From: an uncultured delta proteobacterium
GTDB taxonomy: Bacteria; Myxococcota_A; Polyangia; Fen-1088
Reading direction: 5' to 3'
DNA: 64,000 nt
NCBI GenBank assembly: GCA_963767925.1
Contig: CAVYGB010000002.1
Location: 1,088,001-1,152,000 of the forward strand
A model generated the notes under the pieces. The model ran no database searches. It was not told where the DNA came from and saw nothing but the letters and a program-made list of their open reading frames with translations. Below are positions 8,807-19,680 of the stretch, in pieces. Made by a program: the position numbers and the translations under genes. Every line of letters begins with the position of its first letter. The stretch's first letter is position 1.

Positions 8807-9916
8807 CTACGGGGCGCCGGCGTCGGGGCGGGAGGGGGCGTAGGGGTCGAAGGGGGGGCGGGAGACGCGGCGGCGGTTGAGGGTGGCGAGCTCGGCGGGG
8901 GTGAAGGCCTGGGGGCTGCCGGCGGGGAAGACGCGGCGGATGAAGGCGACGATGCTGGCGCGGGCGGCGGCGCCGAGGTCGGGCTGGCCGTCGGCGGCGC
9001 CCTCGACGCATTCGTCCCACATGTCGAAGAGCAGCTCGCGCTTCTCGCTGCCCGAGAGATTGGGGAGCTGGTTCACGTGCTCGAGCCGCTCCTTGAGATG
9101 GAACAGCCCCGCCTGCTGGCGGCGGAGGGCGGCTTCCCGGGCCAGGCAGAGGCGCTCCTCGAAGGTGGCCTCGGCGACCTTTCGCTTCTCGTGGGAGAAG
9201 GGATCGTTGCCCGCCACCCGCTCGGCCAGCGCGGTCAGGTCGGGGAGCGGCTCGCGGAAGCGCATGCCCCCTTCGGCGTCGACGGCGACGCCGAGGCCGG
9301 TGCCGGTCTCGCGCTTGCCCTGGGCCCGCTCGGCGATGGGGTTGAAGACCACGTCGGGCAGGGGGATCAGCGGCAGGCCCATGGAGTCGCGGGGCGGGCC
9401 GCTCGGGAGGCGCTCGCCGGGGGGCATGCGGGTGAGCGGTGTCGATTCCACGGGCGAGCGCATGCGCAGCCAGAAGCGGCTCTTCGGCGCGGTGGGGTCG
9501 GCGGCGTCGGATGGGGCGGCCGGCGGCGCGGTGGCTCGCGGCGAGAGAGGGCGGTTGCGGCGAGCGGGGCGGTTCGGCGGGCTCGAGGGTGGGTGGCTGG
9601 CAGCGGGGGCGCCGGCGCGGTTTCGTGGGCGGGGGGCGGGAGGGGAATTTTTGCCGGTGGGTGGCTGGGCCGTGGGCGGGGGGATAGCGGGAACGGGAAC
9701 GGGAGATAGCTGGGGCGGGGGAACGGCGGGAACGGGAGAAACCTGGGCGGGATCGGGGACCGTTCGGATGTCGAGGTCGAGGATCTCGCTCGACCGGGGC
9801 GGGGGCGGCCAGGGGGGAGTGGACGGCGCCCGCAGGAAGAGCAGCAGCGCGAGCAGTCCGTGCGCCGCCAGCGACAGCAGCAACGGGCGCACGAGAAATC
9901 GGCGCTTGCCGGCCAT
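8807..9916 (-). CDS. Proline-rich membrane-anchored protein (TonB-like N-terminus, myxobacterial type)
   Basis: LLLSLAAHGLLALLL (SxxxH anchor), long Pro-rich linker, C-terminal DPFSHEKR...LFDMWDEC...FDPY domain. Confidence 0.7.
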   Translation of the reverse strand: MAGKRRFLVRPLLLSLAAHGLLALLLFLRAPSTPPWPPPPRSSEILDLDIRTVPDPAQVSPVPAVPPPQLSPVPVPAIPPPTAQPPTGKNSPPAPRPRNRAGAPAASHPPSSPPNRPARRNRPLSPRATAPPAAPSDAADPTAPKSRFWLRMRSPVESTPLTRMPPGERLPSGPPRDSMGLPLIPLPDVVFNPIAERAQGKRETGTGLGVAVDAEGGMRFREPLPDLTALAERVAGNDPFSHEKRKVAEATFEERLCLAREAALRRQQAGLFHLKERLEHVNQLPNLSGSEKRELLFDMWDECVEGAADGQPDLGAAARASIVAFIRRVFPAGSPQAFTPAELATLNRRRVSRPPFDPYAPSRPDAGAP

Positions 9917-10008
9917 GGGCGGAGATCTTACTCCGCGCGCGGAGCCGGTCGAGCCGACCGGGCGCACTCGCCGCAACCGCCCGCCGTGTTTGTGGCTACA
10001 TTGCTCAC

Positions 10009-10332
10009 ATGCTGCACGGTGACTTGCTGGCCGGCATTCCCGCCGACCTGCCCGACGAGCTGATCACGCCCCTGCTGGTGCGGTCGGGGATGCGCGTCGA
10101 GCGGATCGTCTCGCGGGGGCACCGCTCGCCACCGGGCTTCTGGTACGACCAGGATGAGCACGAGCTGGTGCTGCTTGTCGCTGGCGAAGCCCGCCTGCAG
10201 CTCGAGGGGGCGCCCGAGCAGACGCTCCGCCCGGGACAGTGGCTGGACATCCCGGCCCACGCCCGCCACCGGGTGACCTTCACGGCGCCCGACGCCGATA
10301 CGGTCTGGCTGGCGATCTTCCACACGACCTGA
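10009..10332 (+). CDS. Cupin domain protein
   Basis: RVERIVSRGHRSPPGFWYDQDEHELVLL...IPAHARHRV...TVWLAIF. Confidence 0.85.
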   Translation: MLHGDLLAGIPADLPDELITPLLVRSGMRVERIVSRGHRSPPGFWYDQDEHELVLLVAGEARLQLEGAPEQTLRPGQWLDIPAHARHRVTFTAPDADTVWLAIFHTT

Positions 10333-10508
10333 AGGACCCGCCACCCGTGATCCCGACCGCGCCGCGCCCTCCTTCCCGCTCCAGCTACCGGGCGACCGCG
10401 CCAAGCGCCCCGGCCGACTCGCCTGGTTGGTCCAGGGTCCATGCGCACCCAGGCCCACAGCGCGCCCGGACAGGCACGCAGCGTCTGCCCCCCGAGGGCG
10501 AGCCCCGA

Positions 10509-10663
10509 GGCGCGACCGGCGCATTCGAATATCGACGAGGACGGTGGACGGCGACCCACGCGGCGCGACCGGCCCACCGGCGTCGACGAGGACGGTGGGC
10601 GGCGACCCACGCGGCGCGGCCGGCGCATTCGGTTTCGACAAGGACGGTGCGCGGCGACCCACG
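10509..10663. repeat. Three ~52-bp imperfect tandem repeats
   Basis: Core TCGAC(G/A)AGGACGGTG..CGGCGACCCACG three times, each preceded by GGCGCG(A/G)CCGGC and a 9-11-nt variable segment. Confidence 0.85.
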
Positions 10664-10680
10664 GTGCGCATAGACTGGTG

Positions 10681-12012
10681 ATGCGCGTGCGGCTCTTCCG
10701 GTTCTTTTCCCGCGTGATCGACCAGGGCGTGACGCCCGTGCTCGATCCGGCCCTGCGCAAGCGGATCCGGCTGACCAACGCCCTTTCGCTGTTCGCCGCC
10801 TTCGTGCTGTTCGCCAGCATCCCCTTCGACTGGGTCACGGCGCCGCGCTGGATGCTGGTCGAGGACGTCGCGGGCGGCGTCGCCTTCCTGTCCCTGTTGC
10901 TGCTCAACCGGGCGGGCAAGCTGACCGCCTCGCGCCTGGCTTGCCTGGCGCTCGCCAACCTGATCGTCCTCGGCAACGCCGCCCTGCTGGGGCCCACCTC
11001 GGGCGCGCCCATGGTGTTCCTGGCCCTGACCGCCCTGCCCTTCGCCCTGTTCGACCTGGGGGACCGGCGGTTCTTGATCCCGTCGGTGCTGCTCGCCCTG
11101 GTCTGCCTCATCGTCGCCGAGTCGGACCTGCTGGCCGGCCTGCGCTCGGTGTCGGAGAACTACTCGCCGGCCGCCTACCGCATCTACAGCGCCGCGGTCA
11201 CGGTGAGCGCCCTGCTGTTTCTGCTCGTCCAGATCTCCCGGGCCAACGCCCGCGCCGAGCAGGAGCTGCGCGAGAACCGGGCCACCGCCATCCACTCGGC
11301 CAAGATGGCCGCCCTCGGGGAGATGAGCGGCAACATCGCCCACGAGGTCAACAACCCCCTGACCGCGATCCGCCTGCGCGCCGACCGGCTGCTGCGCCTG
11401 TCGAGCGCCGGCAAGCTCGACCAGCAGAAGGTGGCGGACAACGCCCGGGAGATCGAGAAGACGGTGGCCCGCATCGCCCGCATCGTGGACTCGCTGCGCT
11501 CCTTCGCCCGCGACGTGGAGCGGGACCCCCTGCGGCCCGAGAGCGTCGCCCAGATCGTCCAGGACACCATCGAGCTGTGCGCCGAGCGCTTCCGCCAGCA
11601 CGCCATCACGCTGGAGGTGGCCGACATCCCGGGCGACCTGCGCATCGCCTGTCGCGGCGTCCAGATCTCGCAGGTGCTGCTCAACCTGCTCAGCAACGCC
11701 CACGACGCGGTCGAGCGGCAGCCCTCCGCCTGGGTGCGCATCGCCGCCCGGACCACCGGCGCCGAGGAGGTGCTGATCACCGTGACCGACAGCGGCCTCG
11801 GCATCCCGCTGGAGCTGCGCACGCGGATCATGGAGCCGTTCTTCACGACCAAGGAGCTCGGCAAGGGCACCGGCCTGGGCCTCAGCGTCTCGCAGGGCAT
11901 CGCCGCGGCCCACGGCGGACGCCTGGCTTACGACTCGGAGTCGCGCAACACCCGATTCGCCCTCACGCTCCGGCGCTGGGCCGAGCCGCCCGGCAGCATC
12001 CGGGCGTCATGA
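10681..12012 (+). CDS. Membrane sensor histidine kinase
   Basis: About 6 TM segments; [36 protein letters not shown] boxes. Confidence 0.93.
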   Translation: MRVRLFRFFSRVIDQGVTPVLDPALRKRIRLTNALSLFAAFVLFASIPFDWVTAPRWMLVEDVAGGVAFLSLLLLNRAGKLTASRLACLALANLIVLGNAALLGPTSGAPMVFLALTALPFALFDLGDRRFLIPSVLLALVCLIVAESDLLAGLRSVSENYSPAAYRIYSAAVTVSALLFLLVQISRANARAEQELRENRATAIHSAKMAALGEMSGNIAHEVNNPLTAIRLRADRLLRLSSAGKLDQQKVADNAREIEKTVARIARIVDSLRSFARDVERDPLRPESVAQIVQDTIELCAERFRQHAITLEVADIPGDLRIACRGVQISQVLLNLLSNAHDAVERQPSAWVRIAARTTGAEEVLITVTDSGLGIPLELRTRIMEPFFTTKELGKGTGLGLSVSQGIAAAHGGRLAYDSESRNTRFALTLRRWAEPPGSIRAS

Positions 12013-14493
12013 CCCCGGCAGGGGCAGCCCGGCCTCGCGCCCCTCGGTAGCCGGTTCGTCGGGCAAAGCCGCGGGAGCAGCGGGGCTCCCGGAGGGGCGC
12101 CCGGCGGTCGGGCCGTCGGACCCCTCGGTCTCCTCGACGTCGCGCACGGCGCGGTGGATCTGCTCGAGCATGCCGGTGCTGCGCCGCTCGAGGGGGCCCA
12201 TCAGCAGGCGGCGCTCCTCGTCGCTGCCGAACAGCCGGGCGAACTCCCGCCGGTCGCGCAGCTTGGCCTCGAGCACCCGCGTGAGATCGGCCGGGTCCTC
12301 GATGACGTAGGGGGTGAGGGCGAGGATGATGTTCTGCTTCTCGGTGACCTTCTGGGTGTTGCGAAAGAAGAAGCCGATGAGGGGGATGTCGCCCAGCAGG
12401 GGGACCTTCTGGGCGGCGTCGCTGACCCGCTCGCGGGTGAGCCCGCTGATGACGATGGTCTGCTGGTCCCGGGCGAACACGGTCGTGTGGGTGGTGCGGC
12501 GGCTGGTGGAGGGGCCGAGGTTGTTCTCGTTGGTGCCCAGCTCCGACATCTCCTGGTCGATCTCCAGGCGGATGAGGCCGTCCTCGTTGACGTGGGGGAT
12601 GAGCTTCAATTTCAGATCGACGTCCTCCCGGTTGACCGACACGGTGGGGACGAAGCTCCCGGCGGCGCCGCCGAGCGACTGGGTGAAGGCCCCGGGGACC
12701 GAGACGCGCTGGCCGACCGAGATCTCCCCCTCGTGGTTGTTGGTGATGAGGATGGCCGGGTTGGCGATGAGGTCGACGTTGTCGTTCTTCTGCAGGAGCT
12801 GGATGAAGGCGCCCACCGAGGGGACGTTGCGGGTCGACATGCCGAGCGCGCTGGCCAGGGCCTGCAGGGGCGCGCCGAGGGCCACGCCCGACAGGCCCAC
12901 CAGGGCTGACCCCAGCGTCGATTCGTCGAGCAGGAGGGTGCGACCGGCGTCGAACCCGCCCGCCAGGACGGCCCCCTCGCCGACCGGCCGTCCGGCGACG
13001 TACGAGATGCCGATGTCGCGCTTCTTGGTGCGCAGCACCTCCATGATGCTGGCCTCGACGTAGACCTGCTTGCGGGGGGTGTCGATCTCCTCGATCAGGC
13101 GGCGCAAGGTGCGAAAATCGTCGAGCGACGACAGCACGAGCAGGCCGTTGGTGCTGGGGTCGGAGGTCACCCGCACCTCCCCGCCGAACAGCGGCGCGGC
13201 CCCCGCGCCGGCGCGGGTCCCCCCGGCGGCGGGCGCGGCGGGCGCTGGCATGGCGGCGGCGCCCGGGCGGTTGCGCGCCCCCTCGGGGGCGGGCCCGCGC
13301 GCGACCTGCACGTCGGCCAGGGTGGCCAGCATGGTGGCGACCGCGTCGCAGTCGGCGTGGCGGCAGCGGTAGCCGTGCACCTTGGCGGCGCGGGTCTCGG
13401 CGGGCACGTCGAGCCGCGCGGCGAGCGCCGCCAGCCGGGCGAAGGCCGCGTCGGTGGCCACCACCAGCAGGCGCCCCGCCCGATCGTCCGGCTGCAGCCG
13501 GGCCACCCCGGCCAGGGTGGCGCCGCTCGCGGCACCGCCGCCGCCCGCGGAGTTGCTGGCCGGGGCCAGGGCCGCGGCCGGGCCCCCGCCGCGACGGGCG
13601 CCGCCGCCGGCCAGGCCCGCGGGCAGCCCCGCCAGCTCGGACAGCGTCTGCGCCAGATCGACCGCCGACAGGTGCCGGGCGGGCAAGGTCCACAGCCGCA
13701 TCTGCTCGCCCGGCACATCCAGCGCCGCCACCAGCGCCACGAGCCGCTCCAGCGACGCCGCCCGATCGGTGATCAGCAACATCCCCGCCGGCGGATAACC
13801 CGTGACCACGCCGTGTTCGCCCCGGTAGCTCTGCAGCACCAGCACCAGGTCGGTCACGGCCACGTGTTTCACCCGCACCAGCCGCGTGACGTACCCCTCC
13901 TCCCGCCCCGCCGACGCCCCCTCGGACAGCACCGGCAACATCGCCCGCGGGCTCTTGCTCGCCTCGATCACGCGCAAGAACCGCCCGAACGGCTCGACGG
14001 TCAGCCCCACCGTCTCGAGCAAGGCGAGGAACAGCCGGTACGCCTCCGCCGGCGACACCACCTCCGGCGAGAACACGGTGACCTTCCGCCCCGCGAGCTG
14101 CAACCCCGTGGCCACGATGAACCCCCGGCAGGTCGCCCCGCTGATCCAGGCGATCACATCCGTGATCTCCGACTCCGGCTTCAAGGTCACCCGGATCCCC
14201 TTCACCGCCACCTTCAAGCAGCCGCCAAACTCCCGCTCCCCCACCACCTCCACCGCCCCCAACCCCGCCACTCCCGCCCCGACGGAGGGCACCGCCGCCT
14301 CCGGCTTCGTCGATCCCACCGCGACAGCCGGCTCCTCGCGTCGCCCCTTGGCGGCAGGCTCCGCCGTCACACCCGCCTCGACGGCCTTCGCCGGCGGCGA
14401 CGCGCCGACCGCCTTCGCCGGATCCCCCACCGCTCCCCGAGGAGGAACACCAGCCAGGATCGCAGCGAGCAGCAGGGCCATCGACGTCCGCAT
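12007..14493 (-). CDS. gspD: Type II secretion secretin (GspD-like)
   Basis: Signal peptide, N0/N1/N3 domains, IDTPRKQVYVEASIMEV, LKLIPHVN, KVPLLGDIPLIGFFFR, ILALTPYVI. Confidence 0.88.
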   Translation of the reverse strand: MRTSMALLLAAILAGVPPRGAVGDPAKAVGASPPAKAVEAGVTAEPAAKGRREEPAVAVGSTKPEAAVPSVGAGVAGLGAVEVVGEREFGGCLKVAVKGIRVTLKPESEITDVIAWISGATCRGFIVATGLQLAGRKVTVFSPEVVSPAEAYRLFLALLETVGLTVEPFGRFLRVIEASKSPRAMLPVLSEGASAGREEGYVTRLVRVKHVAVTDLVLVLQSYRGEHGVVTGYPPAGMLLITDRAASLERLVALVAALDVPGEQMRLWTLPARHLSAVDLAQTLSELAGLPAGLAGGGARRGGGPAAALAPASNSAGGGGAASGATLAGVARLQPDDRAGRLLVVATDAAFARLAALAARLDVPAETRAAKVHGYRCRHADCDAVATMLATLADVQVARGPAPEGARNRPGAAAMPAPAAPAAGGTRAGAGAAPLFGGEVRVTSDPSTNGLLVLSSLDDFRTLRRLIEEIDTPRKQVYVEASIMEVLRTKKRDIGISYVAGRPVGEGAVLAGGFDAGRTLLLDESTLGSALVGLSGVALGAPLQALASALGMSTRNVPSVGAFIQLLQKNDNVDLIANPAILITNNHEGEISVGQRVSVPGAFTQSLGGAAGSFVPTVSVNREDVDLKLKLIPHVNEDGLIRLEIDQEMSELGTNENNLGPSTSRRTTHTTVFARDQQTIVISGLTRERVSDAAQKVPLLGDIPLIGFFFRNTQKVTEKQNIILALTPYVIEDPADLTRVLEAKLRDRREFARLFGSDEERRLLMGPLERRSTGMLEQIHRAVRDVEETEGSDGPTAGRPSGSPAAPAALPDEPATEGREAGLPLPGS

Positions 14494-14689
14494 GTTCACC
14501 ACCTGTGCAACGCCGATGCCGCCGCTCCTCGCACCGCGAACCAGCGGATCCAACCGCCGAGGACGCCCCGCCCAAGCCCCGTCGCCTGCCACTCTGACGA
14601 TCACCGGCCCCGCCCCACGCCAAACCGACGCCTCACCGAATGTGATCGCGCCCGCGCGCACATGCTGTTCAGGCAGGCCCCCCGCTCCC

Positions 14690-14860
14690 TGTTTGCCCCC
14701 TCCCCGGACGTCTGCGGCCGTGGGGAGAGGGTGAAGGGTGAGGGGCGGTTGCCTCGCCGGAGGCCCCTCACCCGGCGCGCAGACGCGCCGACCTCTCCCC
14801 CGGCAGACCGCGGGGAGAGGTGATGACCTGCGACGCGCGGCGGGGAGAGGTGATGAGAGA
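14690..14860. repeat. Divergent REP-like palindromic cluster
   Basis: CCCCTCCCC..GGGGAGAGGGTGAAGGGTGAGGGG, CCCCTCACCC, CCTCTCCCC..GGGGAGAGGTGATGA (twice). Confidence 0.7.
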
Positions 14861-14972
14861 GGGGGCGCCGCGCGAGCGCGTGCGAAGGCGGGGGCAGCGC
14901 TGCGGGGGGCGTGTCATGGCGGGGGCGGGGCGGGTTGTGACGGGTGGGGGGGATTCGGGCATACTCCGCGGC

Positions 14973-15833
14973 ATGCCGGGGCGGTCTGACCTGCATGAAG
15001 CCAATCGCCGGAGCTGGAACGCGGCGACGGTTGCCCACAACAGCCACAAGCAGGGGCAAGCCGGCTTCCTGCGCGGGGGTGGCACGACCCTGTTCCCCGA
15101 GGAGGTGGCGCTCCTCGGGGAGGTGCGCGGCGCGCGCGTCCTGCACCTGATGTGCAACGCGGGGCCGGATACCCTCTCGATCGCCGCGCAGGGCGCGCGG
15201 GTCACCGGCGTCGACATCAGCGACGAGGCCATCCGCTACGCCAAGCACCTGTCGCAGGAGGCCGGGATCCCGGCCGACTTCCTGCGCAGCGACGTCTACG
15301 ACTTCCTGTCGACCGCGCTCGAGCGCACCTGGGACGTCGTCTTCATGTCTTACGGGGCCTACATCTGGCTGTCCGACCTGGAGACCTACCTGCGCCAGGT
15401 GGCGCGGGTGCTGGCGCCGGGCGGACGGCTGGTCATCATGGAGTTTCACCCGTTCTTGCAGATGTTCGACGAGCGGTGGACCCCCGTCGACGCCTACTCG
15501 ACCGCGGGGCGCCCGGTGACCTCGAACCCCGGGGTGCACGACTACGTTGGGATGTCGGGCAGCGGGCTGGTGCCCTGGGGGCCGAGCGCGGGCGTGGCGG
15601 GGTTCAGCAACCCGCACGAGTGTCACCAGTTCAACTGGAGCCTCGGCGACATCGTCGGCGGGGTGATCGGGGCGGGGCTGCGGCTCGAGCACTTCCGGGA
15701 GTACCTCTACGCCAACGGCTGCAAGCTGTTCGAGGACATGGAGCAGGTCGAGGGCCGCCGCTACGTCCCCGCCCCCGGCCGCCCGGTCATCCCCCAGATG
15801 TTCAGCCTCGTCGCCCGCCGCGACACCGCCTGA
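14973..15833 (+). CDS. Class I SAM-dependent methyltransferase
   Basis: VLHLMCNAGPDTLS, VTGVDIS, WLSDL, LAPGGRLVIMEFHP. Confidence 0.88.
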   Translation: MPGRSDLHEANRRSWNAATVAHNSHKQGQAGFLRGGGTTLFPEEVALLGEVRGARVLHLMCNAGPDTLSIAAQGARVTGVDISDEAIRYAKHLSQEAGIPADFLRSDVYDFLSTALERTWDVVFMSYGAYIWLSDLETYLRQVARVLAPGGRLVIMEFHPFLQMFDERWTPVDAYSTAGRPVTSNPGVHDYVGMSGSGLVPWGPSAGVAGFSNPHECHQFNWSLGDIVGGVIGAGLRLEHFREYLYANGCKLFEDMEQVEGRRYVPAPGRPVIPQMFSLVARRDTA

Positions 15834-15888
15834 TCGCCGACCGCCCGGGCGATTTCCCGACTACCCGTATGATAGCGGCTCTCCCGCC

Positions 15889-16842
15889 ATGACCACCCGT
15901 CCTGACCTCGCCGAGGTTCGCGCCGCCGCCGACCGCATCGCTCCGTTTGCCCACCGGACGCCGGTCGCCACCTGCGCGACCCTCGACCGGATGGCCGGGC
16001 GGCAGCTCTTCTTCAAGTGTGAGCACCTGCAGAAGACCGGGTCCTTCAAGTTCCGGGGCGCTTGCAACGCCGTCATGAAGCTGCCCGCCGAGGTGGCGGC
16101 GCGCGGGGTGGTCACCCACAGCTCCGGCAACCACGCCGCGGCGCTGGCCCAGGCCGCCCGCCTGCGCGGCACCTCCGCCCACGTGGTCATGCCCACCAGC
16201 GCCTCGTCGCTCAAGCGCCGGGCCACCCTGGGCTACGGGGCCGAGGTGATCGACTGCGCCCCCACCCTGGAGGCGCGGGAGAGCACCGCCGCCGCCACCC
16301 TCGCGCGCACCGGCGGCACGCTGATCCCACCCTTCGATCATCCCGACATCATCGCCGGCCAGGGGACCGCCGCCCTCGAGCTGCTGGCCGACGTCCCCGA
16401 CCTGGACGCGATCGTCGGCCCGCTCGGCGGGGGCGGGCTGATATCGGGCCTGTGCATCGCCGGACACGGGCTGTCGCCGCGCCTGCGCGTCGTCGCCGCC
16501 GAGCCGAAGGCGGTGGACGACGGCGCCCGCTCGCTGGCCGCCGGGCAGCTCGTTCCCCAGCCCGGTGGCCGCAGCATCGCCGACGGCCTGCTCACCAGCC
16601 TCGGCGCCCAGACCTGGCCGATCATCCGCGAGCAGGTGGATCGGGTGATCACCGTGTCGGAGGAGGAGATCGTCGCGGCGATGCGCCTGCTGTGGGAGCG
16701 GGCCAAGCTGATGGTGGAGCCCAGCTCCGCCGTGGTGCTGGCCGCCCTGCTGTCACCGGAGGCAGCAGCCCTCACCGGCGTGCAGCGGGTGGGGCTGGTG
16801 CTCTCGGGCGGAAACGTCGATCTGGATCACCTGCCCTGGTAA
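15889..16842 (+). CDS. PLP-dependent serine/threonine dehydratase (serine racemase-like)
   Basis: KCEHLQKTGSFKFRGA, SSGNH, PPFDHP..AGQGT, GGGGL, VLSGGNVD. Confidence 0.92.
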   Translation: MTTRPDLAEVRAAADRIAPFAHRTPVATCATLDRMAGRQLFFKCEHLQKTGSFKFRGACNAVMKLPAEVAARGVVTHSSGNHAAALAQAARLRGTSAHVVMPTSASSLKRRATLGYGAEVIDCAPTLEARESTAAATLARTGGTLIPPFDHPDIIAGQGTAALELLADVPDLDAIVGPLGGGGLISGLCIAGHGLSPRLRVVAAEPKAVDDGARSLAAGQLVPQPGGRSIADGLLTSLGAQTWPIIREQVDRVITVSEEEIVAAMRLLWERAKLMVEPSSAVVLAALLSPEAAALTGVQRVGLVLSGGNVDLDHLPW

Positions 16843-16912
16843 GGGCGGAAGCGCGGCGGGCAGACGCCGGCCTCATCCTGTCCTGGGGCGGGCGATCAAG
16901 ATCGCCCCGGAG

Positions 16913-17083
16913 GCCCCTCACCCCTCCCTCTCCCCGCTTCGCCGGGCGAGGGCGAACAATCACCGGGATGCCCCGGCATCGTCCCGAGCGAGGGATCCAC
17001 GGTCGGTTGATCCGAGATTTTCCGCGACCCGTTGCCTGTTCGCCCTCGCCCCGCGGCAGCGGGGAGAGGGAGGGGTGAGGGGC
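16913..17083. repeat. Palindromic REP/BIME-like element (inverted pair)
   Basis: Same arms as 980-1155; lies between convergent genes. Confidence 0.9.
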
Positions 17084-17088
17084 TCTGG

Positions 17089-19207
17089 TCAGCGCTTCAG
17101 CGCCTGTTCGGTCGCGCGTAGCAGCGGGCCGGCGCTGACGGGGGCGCCGGTGGCGTTTTGCATCCAGAGGTCGGGGGTGACGGCGCCGAAGCGGGCCATG
17201 CGCTCGAACTCGGGGCCCAGCTTGCCCGCCTTCTTCATGTGCTCCTCGATCTGGAAGGCGATGAGGTGGCCGAGCGGGTAGTTGAACAGGTACAGCGGGT
17301 AGCTGATCATGTGCGAGTAGATGCCGAGCAGGACCGAGTCCTTGCCCGCCCAGCACCGGCGCGTAGTACTGGTTCCAGACCTCGCGCGGCGATCTTCATG
17401 GTGGCCTCGCGCAGCTCCTTGGGGCTGGCGTTCGGGTGGTCGTACATCCAGTGCCACACGGCGATGTCGACCAGCGCGACGCCCGCGATCTCCCAGGTCA
17501 TCCAGAAGTCGTTGAGCACGCGCAGCCGCTCGCTCTCGGCGTCCGGCTTGGGGTAGCCGAGCAGCTCCAGGTCCTTGGCCTGGAACACGAACGCCAGCGC
17601 CTCGGTGAAGGCCGTGTTGGGCACCCCCGCCAGCAGGGTGTGGTCGACGTCGTACAGCGAGAAGACCTGCTCGACGTTGTGCCCCAGCTCGTGGACGGCG
17701 ATGTTGTAGCCCTTGTAGTTCATGCCGTCCTTCTCGACCCGGGTGCGCAGGTGGGGGAAGTCGCCCCGCCGCGCCGCCTGCAGGGCGTGCCCCGCCCCGC
17801 GCGACGGATCGACGACGATGTGCGCCGCCAGGTACCTGGCCCGGTCCTCGGAGAAGCCCAGGTCCTTGAGGAGGCGGGGCATGTCCTTGGCGAAGGCCGT
17901 CGGCGTTGGGGTAACGGGCCCGCGTCTTGGCGTCGAGCTCGGGCTCGGGGATCTTGCCCCGGGCCACGAAGCCGTTGAACCACAGGTCGTGCGGCTCGAG
18001 CTTGCGCCCGAGCTTCTTCTCCGCCTCCGCCGCCACCTCTGGCACCAGCGGTGAGGCGAGCACCTCCGTCAGCAGCGCCTTGACCCGCTCCTCCGGCATC
18101 TCGGCCCCCAGGTCGAAGGCCCGGGCGATCTGGGTGGGCGCCACCGGCGAGTAGGGGTCGGCCTTGCGCGCGGCCTGGAAGTTGCCCGAGCAGCTTGCTG
18201 TAGCGGACGTCGGGCTCGGGCACGTCGGGCTTCGGCTCGGGCTTGCCCGACGGCCTGGGGGCGTTGTCCTCGATCGCGCCCGCCGGGGCCGGCGTCACCT
18301 GGTTGGTGACCGGGTTCCAGTCGACGCGCGGGTTGTCGATCACGACCTGGGGGATGGTCTGGGTGACGATCCGCTCCATCACCCGCAGGATCATCCGCTG
18401 CTTGGCCAGCCCCACCTTGCTGTCGGCGTAGTTGCCCTTCAGCTCGTCGCGCAGGTTCCAGTGGCTGATGAGGCGCAGGCCCTTGGGGAACAGGCGCTGC
18501 CCGTTGTCGTCGAGCAGGTGGTGCATCCAGATGTTGTATTCGGAGATGTAAAGCTCAGCGGCGGCCGCCGCGGCGGCGATGTCCTGCTGGACCTCGGCCG
18601 GGACCCGCCGCCCGAAGCGCCCGGCCAGCCGGGTCTCGGCCCAGGCCCGCCGGCTGAAGCCCTTGCCCTGCTCGAGCTTGTCCTTCAACGTCGTCAGCGG
18701 AAAGTTCAGCAACACGACGAACCCCAGCTTGTTGCGAAACAGGTCCTCGATCATGTGGGCGCTCGGGATCGTAGCGCCGCGAACAGCGGGTCGACCTTCA
18801 GCAGCGGCCCCACGTCCAGGTCGGAGGGGCGCTCGCAGCTCGCGCGCGATCTCGAGCAGGTGCCCGTCGAGCTGCTCGAAGTTGGTCTGGAAGCGGGCGA
18901 ACACCCGGTCCAGCTCCCTGGGGTCGGCCAGGAAGTGCTCGCGGACGAAGGCCTTGAAGTCGGCCTCGCTGCCGTCCGCCTTGCGCCACAGGGCGGCCAC
19001 CTGGTCGATCCCCCGCTCGATGCGGGCGCGGCTGGCCTCGCCGTGTTGCTTGACCAGCTCGGCCTTGAGCGCGGCGAGGTCCTTCGGTTTCATCATCGGT
19101 TTGCCGGTCCCCCCGGGGCGCGGCCCTTGCGCCTGCGCCAGCGGCGCCGCCGCCAGCACCACCGCCAGCCCCAGCACCACGGTCTCGAGCAAAGTCGCCT
19201 TTTTCAT
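17089..19207 (-). CDS. Secreted gluzincin-like metallopeptidase, multiply frameshifted in this sequence
   Basis: Signal peptide ..PLAQA; AVHELGH plus downstream NTAFTEA; coding frame switches near 18835, 18775, 18185, 17895, 17385 and 17350. Confidence 0.7.
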
Positions 19208-19680
19208 CGTGCGTCCCTTCGGGAAGAATACCCCCGTCGCGCCCCGCCGTCAGTCGTAGACAATGCGCGCGCGCCCGTCCAGGCCGGCGGCCAAGGCGAC
19301 GCCGAAGGCGACCGCGAAGACGACGGCCAGGCCGGCGCAGCCCGCCCGCGCCTCATCGCCGTCGCGCGCGGCGGTCGGCGGGACCCGAGACGTTCCAGCG
19401 GGCCGCCGGGCGGCGCAGGCCCGATTGCGGGCCCGCGGGCCGGTGGCCGCGCCACTGGCGCTCGCGCGGAAAACAGGTCGGACAGGGGCCGATCTTCGGG
19501 CGTTTTCCCGGGCGGGGCGGCTCGGCAGGACCCGGGCCCGAGCCAACCCGGCACACCCCGCGGGGGGGAAGGATCCGCCACTGGTCGCGGTGGCCCGCCT
19601 GATCACAGGCGGTTCCCAGCACGTAGCGACCGCGAACATAGGTTGTCGATCGAAAGCGCATCGCCGGTCCTGCCCGCCCG

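Noticed and set aside
9688..9740. GGAACG repeats similar to the 62725 array
   Set aside because: They encode the PVPVP/PVPAVP linker of the proline-rich protein and have no inverted partner.
10509..10663. Mini CRISPR array
   Set aside because: Variable segments are only 9-11 nt and two resemble each other; the repeats are degenerate; no cas genes.
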